Assembly: GCA_025558095.1 (NCBI GenBank)
Contig: JAIVFI010000026.1
Coordinates: 496,001 to 560,000 of the forward strand
Source of the DNA: Hyaloraphidium curvatum SAG 235-1
Lineage: Eukaryota > Fungi > Monoblepharomycota
Direction of reading: 5' to 3'
Length of the DNA: 64,000 nt
Shown here: piece by piece, positions 1 through 12,782 of the stretch
Numbering within the stretch: position 1 is the first letter of the stretch
How the letters are laid out: each line of letters starts with the position of its first letter
Program-made: the position numbers and the translations under genes
The notes under the pieces: model-generated
The model's database searches: none
What the model saw: the letters and a program-made list of their open reading frames with translations, nothing else
Told to the model about the DNA's origin: nothing

Positions 1-746
1 TCCGCCCGGTCCCCTGGCCGTGGGCATCCCGGGCAAAGAGGTGAAATGAACCACCTCCCTTGCTCGTTTTCACAGATTGATTTGCCTCGCTGGATATTGC
101 TTCGTACCTTGTCCGGGCGGGCATCTTTGAACAGGCGGGGTGCGCCGGGCCTGGGCAGGCGGTGCTTACGCCCGGAGACCGTGGACGACGGCATCGAGTG
201 AACGAGATCTCCTAACCTAACCCTCTTTCTTTAGCAAATGATCGAGCACAAAGCAAGATCCAGGACATTATAGCGTTGGGCAGCTCATTCTCGCCCGACG
301 GGGGAAAGTGCGCCGTCACTGCCAGCCGCCGCGGCCGGCCAGCCGGCCGGGACGGACATGGGGGATTCGGCATCATATCATCGCAATAGAATCAATTTTC
401 TTTATTTCTCGTCAGTTCCAGGTGGAGCCCGCCTCATCTAGCTATACTAGCTCGGCTGCCGTGATCGAACGCGGTGGGGGTAAACAAACGACGCGCTGCC
501 GCGCGATCGGCCCGTCCTGCGTTCATCGGGGGGGACCCAGGCCCAGAAACCCGTCCTCCACGGTCGGGAGCCACCCATTGGTCGGTTGGGGGCGTGGCTT
601 GGGCAGACGCCGTCGTGCCGCGGAGAACGGGCCTCGACGCCGGACCACGGGCCCTGGACGCGTTCCTCCGGCCTCTTCCACCCTCCCCGCCCCGGACCAC
701 GCGTTTCCCCCCTTCCTCCCAACCCTCTCCCTCCCTTTTCAACCCC

Positions 747-1647
747 ATGCACGCCCCCACGACACCGATGGACCCCACCCCACCCCCGCAACCCGCCGCC
801 GACTTCCCCCACCAGGTCGCCGGCCACTCCGGCATCCTCCTCCTCCCCGACGGCACCCTCCTCAAGCCCTCCACCGGCACCGAGGCCGCGTTCTACGAGG
901 AATCGCGGTCCCACGGGGGGCTGGCGTCCTTGATGCCCGCGTACCACGGCACCGTCGTGCGGCCTTCCGACGGACCCGGGGGCGGGGACAAGGTGTACGT
1001 GAGGATGGACAACGCGCTGGCCCGCTTCAGGCGACCGTGCGTGCTGGATGTCAAGCTGGGGACGGTGCTGTACGACGCGTCGGCGGGGGAGGAGAAGAGG
1101 GAAAAGATGAGGAGGCAGGCGGCCGAGACGACTTCGCTCGCGACGGGGGTGAGGGTGTGCGGGATGAAGGTGGGCCCTGTTGGGGTGGAGATGCGCGACG
1201 GGGAGAGGCTGATTACCCCATCCCGGTCAGGTCTGGGACCCGGAGGCCGGGGAGGACGTGGCGGCCGAGCGGGACTGGTGCCGCAAGCTGACCCCCGAGC
1301 AGCTCCCGGGGGTGCTGCGGTCCTTCTTCTGCCTGCCGCGCTCGGGGGCCTTTGCCTACCGGCACCTGATCCCCGCCGTGGTTGCGCGGCTGAAAGAGGT
1401 CGAGAAGGCGTTCGAGGGGGACAGGGCGAGCCTGATCGCGAGCTCGGTGTTGGTCGCCTACGAGGGCGATCCCGGCGGGGCTGGGACACCCGGAGCCGCA
1501 CGGCCGGGAGAGGACGTCGAGGTGAAGTTGATCGACTTTGCGCACAGCAGGTTCCTGCGGCCGGACGAGGTGGCGGCGGACGAGGGGTACCTGTTCGGGC
1601 TGCGGACGCTGATCGGGATGCTGGAGGCGGCCTACGCCGGGCGTTGA
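747..1647 (+). CDS. Inositol polyphosphate multikinase (IPK/Arg82 family), 2 exons
   Basis: Motifs HQVAGH, E..FYE, PAYHG, RPCVLDVKLG, G.RVCGMK, SS.L..YEG, VKLIDFAHS and DEGYLFGL. Intron 1170-1230 (GT..AG) joins the two ORFs. Alternative ATG at 768. Confidence 0.9.
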
Positions 1648-1870
1648 TCCATTCATCTGATTATCTGCCTCGATTGCTTGGCGGCTGCCCGATTTCCCAT
1701 CTCCGTTCGGCGTGGGCCCGGTGTCCGTGTGCAGGCGCTCAGACTGGCGCGCGTGAGCGCCGCCCTTCCCCGCACACCCTGCCATCTTTCCCCCGCCGGC
1801 CCACCGGCCCATGCCGACCTAGCCCCGCCGCGCCACCGCGCTTAGCCTAGGCGGGCACGCCGCAGCCGCC

Positions 1871-3495
1871 ATGGGGCAGACGCTCTCGTGGGTGGCGGCG
1901 CGCGGGGAGCGGGCGCGGGCTGACCCCCCGCAGCGAGCCCGTGACGGAGAAGCACTCCGAGTCGGGCGGCGACAAGTTCCTCATGTTCGGCGCGTCGGCC
2001 ATGCAGGGCTGGCGGATCTCGATGGAGGACGCGCACACGGCCATCCTCGAGCTGGCGGAGGAGGGCGGCGGCACGCAGCCCGCAGAGTCCGAGGCCGCAA
2101 CGGCCGCCGCCGCCTTCCGCGGCGAGAGCGCCGCCACCGTCGGCGACCCCGAGCCGAAGCACCACTCGTTCTTTGCCGTGTACGACGGCCACGGCGGGCA
2201 GGCCGTCGCCATCGCCGCCGGCGCGAAGCTGCACCAGCGGATCGCCGCCACGGACGCGTTCAAGAAGGCCGACTACGCCGCGGCCATGCAGCAGGGCTTC
2301 CTGGCAATGGACGAGGAGCTCAAGCAAGGTGGGCGTTTTCTTGGCCCCTTTGCTGCCGGTTGCTGACCCCGAGCGACCCCGCCTGCGGTGCCAGACCCCG
2401 AGCTCATCCACGACCCCTCGGGCTGCACCGCCGTCGCCGCGCTCGTCGTCCACGAGACGCAGATGCTCTACGTCGCCAACGCAGGCGACTCGCGCGCCGT
2501 GCTCAGCGTGCAGGGCGAGGCCAAGCCCATGTCGTGGGACCACAAGCCCGGGAACCAGAGTACGTCCCCTTTGGCGGCGAGATCCGCCCCCGCAGACCTG
2601 ACCGTCCCCCGCCGCGCCGCCAGCCGAGGTCGCGCGGATCATCGCCGCCGGCGGCTTCGTCGAGTTCGGCCGCGTGAACGGCAACCTCGCCCTCTCGCGC
2701 GCCCTGGGCGACTTCGAGTTCAAGCAGAACCCCTCCATGCCGGCCGAGGAGCAGATCGTCACGGCCTTCCCGGACGTCGAGGTGCGCAAGATCGAGGCGG
2801 GCAAGGGGGGGCCGGTGGAGTTCCTGGTGCTCGCGTGCGACGGTGGGATGACCCGCCTGCGGGAGCGGCGGTCCCGAGGCTGACCCCGTTCCGCGTCCCG
2901 GGACCCGTCGGCGGCCAGGCATCTGGGACGTCATGTCGAACCAGGACGTGGTCAACTTCTGCAGGCGGCTGATCGCCGACGGCAAGGACCTCGACAAGAT
3001 CTGCGAGCTCCTCGTCCGTCCCCCCTCCCGCAGCCTCCTTACGTTCCCGCTGACCGCTCCCCGCGCCGCCGCAGATGGACCGCTGCCTCGCCCCCGACCG
3101 GAGAGCCTCGGAGCTGGGCGGCATCGGGTGCGACAACATGACCGTCGTCCTGGTTGCCTTCCTGGGCGGGCTGTCCCCCGAAGAATGGTGGCCCCCGCCG
3201 CGCACATCCCCGTTCGCTCCGATTGCTGACCACCGCGATGCAAACCCCGCTTTCAGGAGGAAGCAGATCAAGGAGCGCTACGACGCGGACCGCGCCGCCC
3301 GCGGCGCGGACGCGGACGCCACGGACGGCTCGGAGGACTACACGGACGACGACGGGGACGGCGAGGATGCGTCGGTTCCCGTGGGTCTCCCTGTTCCCCC
3401 CGGGATCCGCTGCCGGCGGTGCTGACGATTTGCCCCCCCATTTCTTCCCTGCCCGCCTCGGCGGCGATGCGACGTGTGCGTGCGGCGAGGAGTAG
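1871..3495 (+). CDS. Protein phosphatase 2C (Ptc2/Ptc3-like), multi-exon
   Basis: Spliced N-terminus MGQTLSEPVTEK; motifs MQGWRISMEDAH, VYDGHGG, SGCTA, ANAGDSRAV, DHKP, RVNGNLALSRALGD, LACDGIWD and GCDNMT. About 7 short introns; the 3' end is uncertain. Confidence 0.9.
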
Positions 3496-3863
3496 AGGGC
3501 GCGCGGGACGGGGGAGGAGAACGACAGCTACGGGAGGCACGCGGAGTGAACCGGACCGTGTATCGGTATTGGCGGCGTAATGGAGATATCTTCGATGGGA
3601 CGTTGAGGTGGGGGGCGTGGCGGGCAAGGCGGGCGATACCGTGGGACGCCGGGGAAGCGCATCCGGCCCGCCCGTGCCGGCATCCGGTCCTGCATCCTCC
3701 GGATCCGTCGTTTGGCGGGCCTCGTCGGGCTATCCCTCTGTCCGCGGTCCCGAGGGTGATCGACGACTCGGGCGCGCGACAGTAGCTCCCCCAGCCTCCG
3801 CCTTTCGCCCGATTCGGCAAACGCCCTCCGATGCCCACCCCACCCCCCCGCCTCCCGGGCACG

Positions 3864-4838
3864 ATGCCGCGACCACCACCTTCCCCCCTTCTTCATCTCC
3901 TCCCCCTCCTCCTCTTTGCGCTCGCCGCCCCCGCGCTCGCGCAGGGCGGCAACTCCACGGCGGCGGGCTTCGCGGCCGCGTGGCCGGGGGACGCCGCGGC
4001 GTGCGTCGCGGCGTGCAACGGGAGCCTGTACGTGCAGTGCGGCGGGCAGGATGTGGTGGGGGTGGGTTTTCCGCGCCGGGGGTGCCCGGTCCCGAAGTGG
4101 GGGAGAGATGGTGCTGACGCCCGCTCCCGCTGCATCGCACGCCCCGAACGGCGGCAAACAGTACTGCTACCAGCAGTGCACCGAGTGCGGCCGGCGGTGC
4201 GCGGCGTTCGGGGAGGAGCAGGCGTCGTGGGCGCGGAGGGGGGCGGGGGTGACGGCGGGCGACGTGAGGTGCAACTTCACGTGCGGCGCGGTGGTGGCCG
4301 TCGGTGGGGTGCCGCCGGATCCTTGTGGGTGTCCCGAAAGCGGGCCCGCGCGGGGCCGTTGGCTGACCTTTTGCCGTTCCTCGATGGTGTCGCCGTACCG
4401 CCCGTCGGGCTCGCTCCACCCGCCCGTGCAGACGGAGGATCGGGCTACGTGACCTACTCCCGCACCGCGTGGCACTCGTGCAATCTCGACACCCCGCGCC
4501 TGCGGGGCAACATCTGCGCCGCGCTGCTGCCCTACGCCTCGGGCCCGCCGCCGCCCTCGGAGGCGTGCCAGTACGTCGCCCGCTTCGCCAAGTTCCCCTT
4601 CCTCGACTACCGGAGGACGAGCAGCAGGGGGTGGTGCTGCGGGACCAAGCTGGGGAGCTGCGTGGCGGATTCGGGGGGGCCGAGGTGCGACACGGCGAGG
4701 GCGGAGGGGTACTGGGGGGAGAGCTGCTGCGACTCGGCGTACATGAAGAGGCTGGCGGCGGGGAGCGCGGCGGGACGGGCGGCGGGGGCTGTCGGGGGGA
4801 TGCTGGCGGCCGTGGTGGGGCTGGCCGTGCTCCTGTGA
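3864..4838 (+). CDS. Secreted cysteine-rich, probably GPI-anchored protein
   Basis: Signal peptide (LLHLLPLLLFALAAPALAQ), many Cys, and a C-terminal small-residue spacer plus hydrophobic tail (GAVGGMLAAVVGLAVLL). Likely introns at ~4052-4161 and ~4300-4431. Confidence 0.6.
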   Translation: MPRPPPSPLLHLLPLLLFALAAPALAQGGNSTAAGFAAAWPGDAAACVAACNGSLYVQCGGQDVVGVGFPRRGCPVPKWGRDGADARSRCIARPERRQTVLLPAVHRVRPAVRGVRGGAGVVGAEGGGGDGGRREVQLHVRRGGGRRWGAAGSLWVSRKRARAGPLADLLPFLDGVAVPPVGLAPPARADGGSGYVTYSRTAWHSCNLDTPRLRGNICAALLPYASGPPPPSEACQYVARFAKFPFLDYRRTSSRGWCCGTKLGSCVADSGGPRCDTARAEGYWGESCCDSAYMKRLAAGSAAGRAAGAVGGMLAAVVGLAVLL

Positions 4839-5079
4839 GGGGGGGTGGCAAGGAGGTGATGACGAGGATGACGCGTCACCCGCCGGCGCCTGCGCTGCCG
4901 CGTGTAGATAGCCCATCTAGACGTATTTGCATTGCCGCGCCGAGCGATCCCGTCGTCCCCAGCCGCGGAGCAGGGCGTCCCTGGATCCCGCCCGACGCGC
5001 CACCAGGCACTCCCTGAACCCCGCGATCGGATCAGGGTCCCCGGTTCGCGCCCCAACCTCCGTCGACCGGCGGCGCGCG

Positions 5080-6402
5080 ATGGCCGAGTCGCCCCGGCGG
5101 CGGCACGCGCGGTCGTCCAGCGACCCGCCTGCGTACTACGCGCCGGTGTGGCCGTTCCTGTTCCGCGAGGGCGCGCCGAGCGCGAGCCCCGAGAGGAGCC
5201 CCGAGCGCGATGCGCCGGGCGAGGCGGGGGACGAGCCGCCCGGCGTGCGGTCGCCGGGGCGCACGGCGCGGATGGACGCGGTGTCGGGGCTGATGGACCT
5301 GGCGGGCGGGCGGTTCGCGGGGCCGGGGGGAGGCGCCCCCTCGTCGTCCCCGCCGTCGGGCTCGCCCGTCCCGCCGGCCGGCTACCTGGCGCACCACCGC
5401 AACTCGGCCGACTCGCTGTCGCCGCTGCAGTCGCTCGCCGCAGTCTCCGCGCAGCTCGCCCCGCGCGGCCGCGCCGGCCCCGCGCGCTCCTCGACCGGCG
5501 ACGCCCTCTTCTCAAACATCCGCTTCCCGACCGTCGCCACGCTGCCCGTCGCCATCGCGCCCCGCGGCACCGGCACCGGCACCGGCACCGGCAGGGGCAA
5601 GAAGGGCTCGTCGTCGCCCGCCGCCGGCTCGTCCCCGCTCGGCCAGGGCGACCCGGACGGCCGCGGCGTGCTGGCAAAGCGCATGCGCGAGGACGACGCG
5701 ATGCGGCCCAGGCGCACGCCCAGCGTGTCCTCCTTCGCCAGCTTCCAGTCGGGCGCGGACGACTTCGGCCCCGCCGCCGCCGTCGACCGCGTCGCCTCGG
5801 GCTCCTCCATCGCGCGCGAGGCCGTCCCCGCCCCCGGCGGGCTGGACGTCGCGTCCCTCGACATCTCGGGCCGGCAGTCGTTCCCATCGGGGACCGGCGG
5901 GAACGCCCGCCCGGCATCGTACCACTCGGGCTCCTCCCGCGGCGACGTGCCCCCCCCGGCCCCGCGCACGCCGTACGAGCTGCTGGACCGCGAGCTGGCC
6001 CAGCTGTCCCCGCTGCTGCCGCCCGGCCCGCGCGCGCGCCTCTTGTTTGGCTACGCGTTCGGCGCGGACCGGTCGGCGGCGGGGATGGCGGACCCCGGGT
6101 TGGATCCGAGGGAGGCGCGGTGGAGGGCCGAGCGGGCGTGGGACGCGCTGGGGTGGTGGTTCGGCCGTGCCGGTGGGGGCGGGGGAGGGGGAGGGGAGGG
6201 GATGGAGGTGGACGAGGACGAGGAGGACCTGGTGCAGGGGCTGCGGTGGATGGCGGCGCAGAGGCCCGATGTCTGGGGGAGGGGAGGCGAGGGGCCCCCG
6301 GGCGAGACGATGGGGGGCGGGCAGACGATGGGGGTCGGGCAGGAGGGAAGCCAGGGGACGGTGGGGACGCCGCCGGGGCAGGGGCTGCCGCCGAGGAGGT
6401 GA
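5080..6402 (+). CDS. Hypothetical low-complexity (S/P/G-rich) protein
   Basis: Long ORF with coding-like codon usage; no recognisable domain. Confidence 0.5.
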   Translation: MAESPRRRHARSSSDPPAYYAPVWPFLFREGAPSASPERSPERDAPGEAGDEPPGVRSPGRTARMDAVSGLMDLAGGRFAGPGGGAPSSSPPSGSPVPPAGYLAHHRNSADSLSPLQSLAAVSAQLAPRGRAGPARSSTGDALFSNIRFPTVATLPVAIAPRGTGTGTGTGRGKKGSSSPAAGSSPLGQGDPDGRGVLAKRMREDDAMRPRRTPSVSSFASFQSGADDFGPAAAVDRVASGSSIAREAVPAPGGLDVASLDISGRQSFPSGTGGNARPASYHSGSSRGDVPPPAPRTPYELLDRELAQLSPLLPPGPRARLLFGYAFGADRSAAGMADPGLDPREARWRAERAWDALGWWFGRAGGGGGGGGEGMEVDEDEEDLVQGLRWMAAQRPDVWGRGGEGPPGETMGGGQTMGVGQEGSQGTVGTPPGQGLPPRR

Positions 6403-6603
6403 TGCCCGCGGGGTGGGTGGGGGGAGGACGAGCGGCGGGGGCAGGGGGAGCGGGTGGGGGAGAGCTTCGTCGGGCACGGTGGACGTTGAGGGAATCAATT
6501 GCATGCATGCGATCTTGGGCGGAGCGTCCTTGGGAGACGGGTTGAGGCGGGCACGCGTCGAAAGTTCCACCCCGGAACGCCGCCAACGCCCCCCGAGCGG
6601 ACG

Positions 6604-8119
6604 ATGGACGGGGTGCTCTCGCCGGCGGAGCGCCTGGCGCTGTTCCCGGCCCCGCTGCCCGAGCCGCGGCTGCTGCTCCCGGCCGCCCCCGAGGACGCGA
6701 AAGAGGAGCAGCCCGATTCCGCGCCCCTCGATTCGGCCGCCCTGCTCTCCTCGCTGCCCTCGCCTCTCCGACAACTTACGGCCGCCCAGCTGTTCATGGC
6801 GGCGCGTTACCTTGGCGGCTTCGACCGCGTGATGTCCACGACGTTCGCGCCGTCGACCGCCGTCGCGGCCGGGCTCGCGACGCTGGCGCAGCCGTCGCCG
6901 TTCTCGACAAAGACGCTGGCCGTCGGCATCGCCGGGTGCTGCCTGAGCGCCGCAGTGACCGTGGCGCTCTCCCTCTCGGGCGTCGTGCACCGCGGGCGCT
7001 TCTTCAGGCCCGCACGCGGGGCAGGCGACCTCTCGGGGCACCCGCTGGCCGTGTTTGCGCGGTGGAAGCAGCTGGAATGTTCCGGGAGCGCGGACGGCGA
7101 GGATGCCACGAAGCACCCCCAGACTATGCTAAGGCACGTGGAGCGCGACCCGGACTGCCCGTGCTCGCTCCCGTCGTGCGCGGGCGGGTTCCCGGCGCGC
7201 GCGGGCTGGCTCCGTCTGGCGGACCTCGCCATCCGCATCGGGCTGCTGTATGGCGGCATTGTCTTCATCTGGTTCACGCCCGCGTTCACCCTCGCGTGGT
7301 ACACGTGGTCGCACACCGGCCCCCGCGCTGTTCACGGCCCTGAGCGGTGGGTTCTCCGCGGCTTCGTGGCTCCGCGGCGCCTGGGGCTGACCACATCCGC
7401 CGGCAGTGGTCAGCGGTTTCGTCCTCGTCGTGTGCGTGTCGATCGCCTCGACTTCCTACAGCTTCCCGGCCCTGGAGCTCTCCCGGCGCCTGCAGACCCG
7501 CGCGCTCTCGGACGCCCTGTTGGAGTTCCTCGCACGGAGCGAGCGCGAGCTCGCTTCCTCCACCCAATCGGCAAATCCCCGCCTCCCGGAGCCCTACGAG
7601 CACCTATGCGCGCAGCTCCAGCTCCTCCGCGAATCGCGCTTCCCCAACTTCTCCACCTCCCGCGCCACCATCCTCCTCCATTTCGCCATCCCCTGCATCG
7701 TCATCGTCTCCAACATCGGCGCCGGCTCCTGCGTGCCCCTCTGGCCGGCGCTGATCCTGCTGTACGGCGGCGCGGTCGCGTTCCGCGACCTGCACGCGGT
7801 GGCGGCGAGCAACGGGCAGGCCGAGAGCGCCGCCGCGGTGCTCCGCCAGGGCGCGAGGGAGTCGCGTTCGCTCCTGGCGCGGTACCCTCCCGGCCCCGCG
7901 GCGTCGCGGCTGGCGCACCACGCCGCATTGATGGATTCCCTGGCGACCGCGGGGGGGAGGGCGAGGTGGCTTTGGTTCGAGCCCGGGGCGGGGGCGGCGC
8001 GGGGGGCGGGGGCGGCGCGGGCGGCGGGGCTGGCGGCGTTCACGGTCGCGGTGGGGTTGTGGAGCGTGTTGAGGGCGGGAGGGGTGTACCTGACGCCCGA
8101 GATTGCGTGCTGGGGGTGA
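6604..8119 (+). CDS. 7TM membrane protein, family member 1 (putative 7TMIC/GR-like)
   Basis: Two exons (intron ~7347-7413). Shares HPLAV..RW, H......CPC....CAG, W.P..TLA, GSCVPLW, HAAL and GLWSVLRAGG...TPE..C with paralogues at 12783, 52016 and 56097. Confidence 0.75.
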
Positions 8120-8323
8120 CGAGCACGCGGCGCCTCTGACGGAGCTAGGCAAATCTACGGTGCGAGCAATGAACGGGGCCCAAGTGATCAACGGACAATC
8201 GGCAATGGACAGTTTCGGACAAAGAATAGAATCGCAAAGCAAGATAGTGCCGTTTCTACCGGCGACAGTGCTGGGCCTCTTCACCTCCGCTGCCCCCTAT
8301 CGCCAACCGCACCCCGCCCGTCT

Positions 8324-9475
8324 TCACTCCCCCCTGGCGACCCTGAAGCAGCTCCCGAGGAACTCCGCCGCGAACCCGAGCGCCTCCTCCGCGCGCTTCT
8401 TCACCAGCGGGTCGTCGAAGTTGCCGCGGGCCGTGGACCAGCCGTGCCGTACGCTGCACGCGGGGAACGTCAAATGGGCGGGGTCGCGGCCGGGCGTGGG
8501 AAGGCGAAGGACGCACTCGGTGAACACCTTGAGCGGGACGGGGTCGAACTCGAAGGTCTTGGCGCGCGGGATGTGCGCGTTCTTCTTCAGCGCGGCATGG
8601 AACTCGGTCTGTCCCCGGGGTCGGATGGTCAGCAAGGCAGCTTCCTCGCTTGGGATGGCGGACGCACGAAGTCGCCGTCGTCGATCGCGCTCGGCAGCGA
8701 GGCGAGCGGCGTGCGGACGAGCTCGGCTTCCGGGGTCGGCAGCAGGGCGGGGTGGACCCCGACGACGCCGCAGAGGAAGGGGGCAAAGTCCTGGGAGGCC
8801 TTGACGGTGATGTAGCCGCCTGGAGGGGAGTTGGTGGAGGTTTCGGTGATACAGGAGCGCTCGGCGCCCACATGGACTGACCGTAGCAGAAGCCGACTAT
8901 GCCCACGTGCTCGACGCCGCGCTTCTTGAGCCACGCAAACACGTTCTCGAGGTCTTTCTTAACCACGGTGTCGTAGTTCCCTCCGCCGCCAAAGATGTAC
9001 GCGACGAGCTCTGTCCGGGAAGCTGTCGGCCTCCGTTCGCCGTCCTCCCGCGGCGCTCCGACCCACCTGCCATGAGGCTGTTCTTGAGCCCCATCGCGTT
9101 TCTATCCGACGGATCCACCCCGTCCGGAACAGCCGGCTCGTGCGCCCCCGCGCCCCCGAAATCGAACCTCTCGGCCGGGAAGGGCACCCCCCTAAACACG
9201 TCGGGCATGACCGCCACCCTCCCCGACGCCTTCGCCAAAAAATCGCACGCCATCTTGTTCTGCGGCGCGCCGTGTCCCAGGATGTCGTAGATGGCCACGA
9301 TGGCCTCCTTGGTGTTCTCAGCCGAGGGTGGTTCCGCGACGTAGGTGTCCAGGTCGCCCAGGCGCTCCGTGCGGCCCGCGGGGGTGTAGGCGGTGACGGG
9401 GACCACGACGGGGTTTGGGGCCGTCTGGCCATCGCCGGAGCCGCAGCATGCGGCGGGGAGGACCGAGGCAGACAT
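8324..9475 (-). CDS. Dienelactone hydrolase family protein, multi-exon
   Basis: N-terminal ACC, YDILG, VMPDVFRG, nucleophile motif GIVGFCYGG, GVHP and the catalytic His in VRHGW..RG. Confidence 0.85.
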
Positions 9476-10155
9476 GTCTCCCACGAGGTGGCGGCGGGCC
9501 GATCGCTGAGAGGTGCTGGAACGCGCATGCAGAGTCTGCCTAAAGGGTCTTGTCTGGTTCTTCTGTGTCATTTGTTTCGTCGAATTCCACCCCATCCACA
9601 CCGGATTCGGCGTTCTTCGCGACGGCATGGTCGGCTTCGTACGAGAGTTCGTACGCTTCGCTCGCGCAGGACCAGCCTAGGTCACAAATGCGTCGGCGGG
9701 CTTCAGGGTTGGGCCACGCAGAGGAACGACTCGTTGGTGGATGCAGGCCTGGCTCCTCAATCACCGCCATCAGCGCAAGCGCGCTGAGTTGCTGCTGCCG
9801 TCCCGCGCACGCACGCCTCGAATCCTGGCCATCCGGCCCAACAAACGATCAAATCCGAAGACCGGCAATACAGAACGCGAGTGGATCGGGAGTGAGCTTA
9901 GCCGCAAGGTCCCTTTGAATGTCTAGTGCAGGCTTACCGCAAGGCACAGGCCCCGTTGCCGATCGATTCGAGTCCCGAAGACGGCCACGGAGGGCTCGTC
10001 GCAGACCCGGATGGCCCATCACAACCACGTGGCATCATCGTACGCGCGGTTCGGAGCGAACAGATGCAAATTCGTTTGCGATCCGAGGTGGCGATTGGAT
10101 CGTGACTGACTTGACTGACTTGGGCTGGTGCCTCCCAACTCCCCCTCGTCCCGCG

Positions 10156-12557
10156 ATGGTCTTCGAGAGCGCGCAGCGGTGCTACGAGCTCGGCCTCCGC
10201 GCCGAATCCGGCGATGGCGGGGCCCGCGACCCCGGCCTGGCGCTCAAGTGGTACCGGAAGGCGGCGGACAAGGGCCACGCGCTCGGCCGGCTCGCGCTCG
10301 GGCGTTGCTTCGAACGCGGTGTCGGCACCAACGTGGACGCCGCTGCCGCAGTGGCGCAGTACCGCAGGGCGGCGGGGCAGGGCCTGGCGGAGGCCAAGAT
10401 CGCGCTGGGGCGGTGCCTGGCCGAGGGCACGGGAGTTGAGAGGGACCCCGCCGCGGCCTTTGCGCAGTACCTCGATGCGGCGCGCCAGGGCAGCGCCGAG
10501 GCGCAGGCGCTGGTAGGGATGTGCTATCGGCGCGGGAAGGGAGTGCAGGCCGACGCGGAGCAGGCGGCCAGCTGGTACCGGAGAGCTGAACACCATGGAA
10601 GCGTGATCGCGGCAAACGAGCTGAAGGACATGGAGGCCGAGGCAGCCAGGGAAGCCGAGGCTGCGGTGCAGAAGGCGAGGGACCTCGCCCGCATGGAGGA
10701 GCTCCGCAGGCGGGCCGAGGAGGCCGAGAACGTCGCCCGGGTCGTTGTGCGGCAGCTCAGCATGATCTCGCTTGGCGGGGCGTCCACCCGCAGTAGTATC
10801 CACTACGTGGCGCAGGTAAGTCATCGCGCACCGATTGCTGGTCCCTTGATTGAAGGAGCGCGTTCCAGGCTCGGCCGCCATCCAGCGTCACGCGCTCGGC
10901 CAGCCCCGTCGCGCCGGCTGCCGGCCCCAACGGATGGGAAACCAGCTCCATCTACGACGGCTCCGACGACGGCTACACCGACGAGTCCGGGACCCACTCC
11001 ATCCCACGCGCGGACACGCCGTCCGTTTTCGGGCCCTTCGATTCTCTGGATCGATACCGGTCGTACCGGACCGGCTCCCCCGACGCCCCGATCTCGGACC
11101 CTCGTCGGACGCCCTCCCCCGCCCCTCGACCCGCCTCCTTCACCCCAACCCACCGCGCCGCGTTTTCCTACCCCCCGGCGGACAGCACCGAGCTCGCGCT
11201 GGCGGAAGGCGAGCCGATCGAGGTCATCCGCGGGGGAGACGGCGGCGGCGAGGGGTGGCTGTACGGCCGGGACGCGCGCGGGGCCAGGGGGTGGTTTCCC
11301 GCGGCGTACGTGGAGGAGATCAATGATCCGCCGCCGCCGTCCGACGAGCGCAGCAGGCCCCGGCCGCGGACCGTGGACGAGGTGCTGCGGATCTACGACA
11401 ACAACGAGCTGCGCTTGTTCGGGGCGATCGGACGCGAGCAGAGGGAGCAGCTCCAGGGCATCCTCGATGCTGCGAACCTGCTCGATCTGGATTTGGATGA
11501 CTGCGTCCGGGCCGTGGGGGAGATGGTGCGGGCGGGGAGGTTCGACGGCGAGGCGGACGTCTCGGACGTGCTGGACTGGATGCAGTCTGGGGCAGCAGCC
11601 GCGGCAGCGAGCCACGGGCCCCCGCGCACCCTGTCGCCCCAGACCGTGGAGAACCCCCCTCCTCCTCCGCGGAGCCCGCCCATGCTGGTCCGGCGGGACA
11701 CCTTCGGATCGATCGACGGGCTGGACCACATTGCGCGGCACGCCGCGTGGGCCGGAGGCACCGAGCGCCCGCCTCCGCCGCCTCTCTTGGGCCAGCTTCT
11801 ACGACCTTTCGAGGACAAGGGGCTGCATTCCCCCCGGATCGGTCAGATCCGCCGTATTTTGCACGAGGCGCTCGCGTACGGGCACAACGCCTTCCACTGC
11901 GCCGAGGCCGTGGAGGCGATGCTTGGGAACGGGAGCTTCTCGGACCTGACCGGGCTGCAGCAGGTCCTGGAGTGGCTGCACACCGGGCAGGGATCCGTGG
12001 GCGGGGCCGGGCGGGGGCCCGCCGCGCCGGATCGTCCGGCTTCGCCCGCGCCTTCATCCGCAAGCTCCGTGCACTTGGCGATGCCGGAACCGTTTGAACG
12101 ATTCATCAATCGGAGCGACGAACTCGATGACTACCGGCTCCTCCGAATCGCTGACATTCTGGCGCGAGCGGAATCGCTGGACTTCGACGTGGCCGGCCTC
12201 GCGGACGCGATTGAAAGGATGCTGGACTGCGGCAGGTTCCGTGACGACACGACGCTGCAGGACGTCAGCATGTTCCAGCAGTTTGGCGAGGGAGCCGCCC
12301 GCGCGCCCGAGGCCTCGCTCCGGCCCCCGTCTCCTCCCATTCGCCCCTCGTCTGCGCAGTCCGCCGCCTCGCGGACGACGCAGGCCGAGCCCCGAACCTG
12401 CGTCATATGCATCTCCGAGGAGCCAGTGGCGGCGGCGCTGCCGTGTGGGCATCTGATCCTGTGCGAGGGGTGCAGGGAGGAGGGCGCGATAGGGTGCGGG
12501 GACAGTTGCCCGCTGTGCCGCAGGAGGGTGGACGGGGTGTTCAGGATATGGGTGTGA
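10156..12557 (+). CDS. Sel1-repeat + SH3 + triple helical repeat + C-terminal RING (C3HC4) protein
   Basis: Sel1 repeats (ALKWYRKAADKGH, LGRCFERGVG). After intron 10816-10868, an SH3 domain (AAFSYPPADSTELALAEGEPIEVI..GEGWLYG..GARGWFPAAYVEE). RING: CVIC..ALPCGHLILCEGC..CPLCRR. Confidence 0.85.
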
Positions 12558-12782
12558 CGATTGCGGGTGGTTCTTCCCCAGCTGGAGAGTGTACACTCTG
12601 GAGAGTCAATGACGTCAGTTCTAGGCACGAGGCATCAAGCGCCCCGATCGCAGTTTGATACTTTGTCGCAGCGGAGTGCCGAACAGAGCTCTTTCTTCAA
12701 CATCCTCGTAGGAAGGGCAGGAAAGTTCCTGAGAACCCTCGCCGGCTGCCGCCGCCTGCACCAGGTCTCTCGAATATTCTCC

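Noticed and set aside
211-223. cctaacctaaccct telomere-like motif
   Set aside because: Only about two imperfect units.
4607-6586. Long Arg/Pro-rich alternative ORFs here and throughout the window
   Set aside because: Expected from stop-codon scarcity at very high GC; no domains present.
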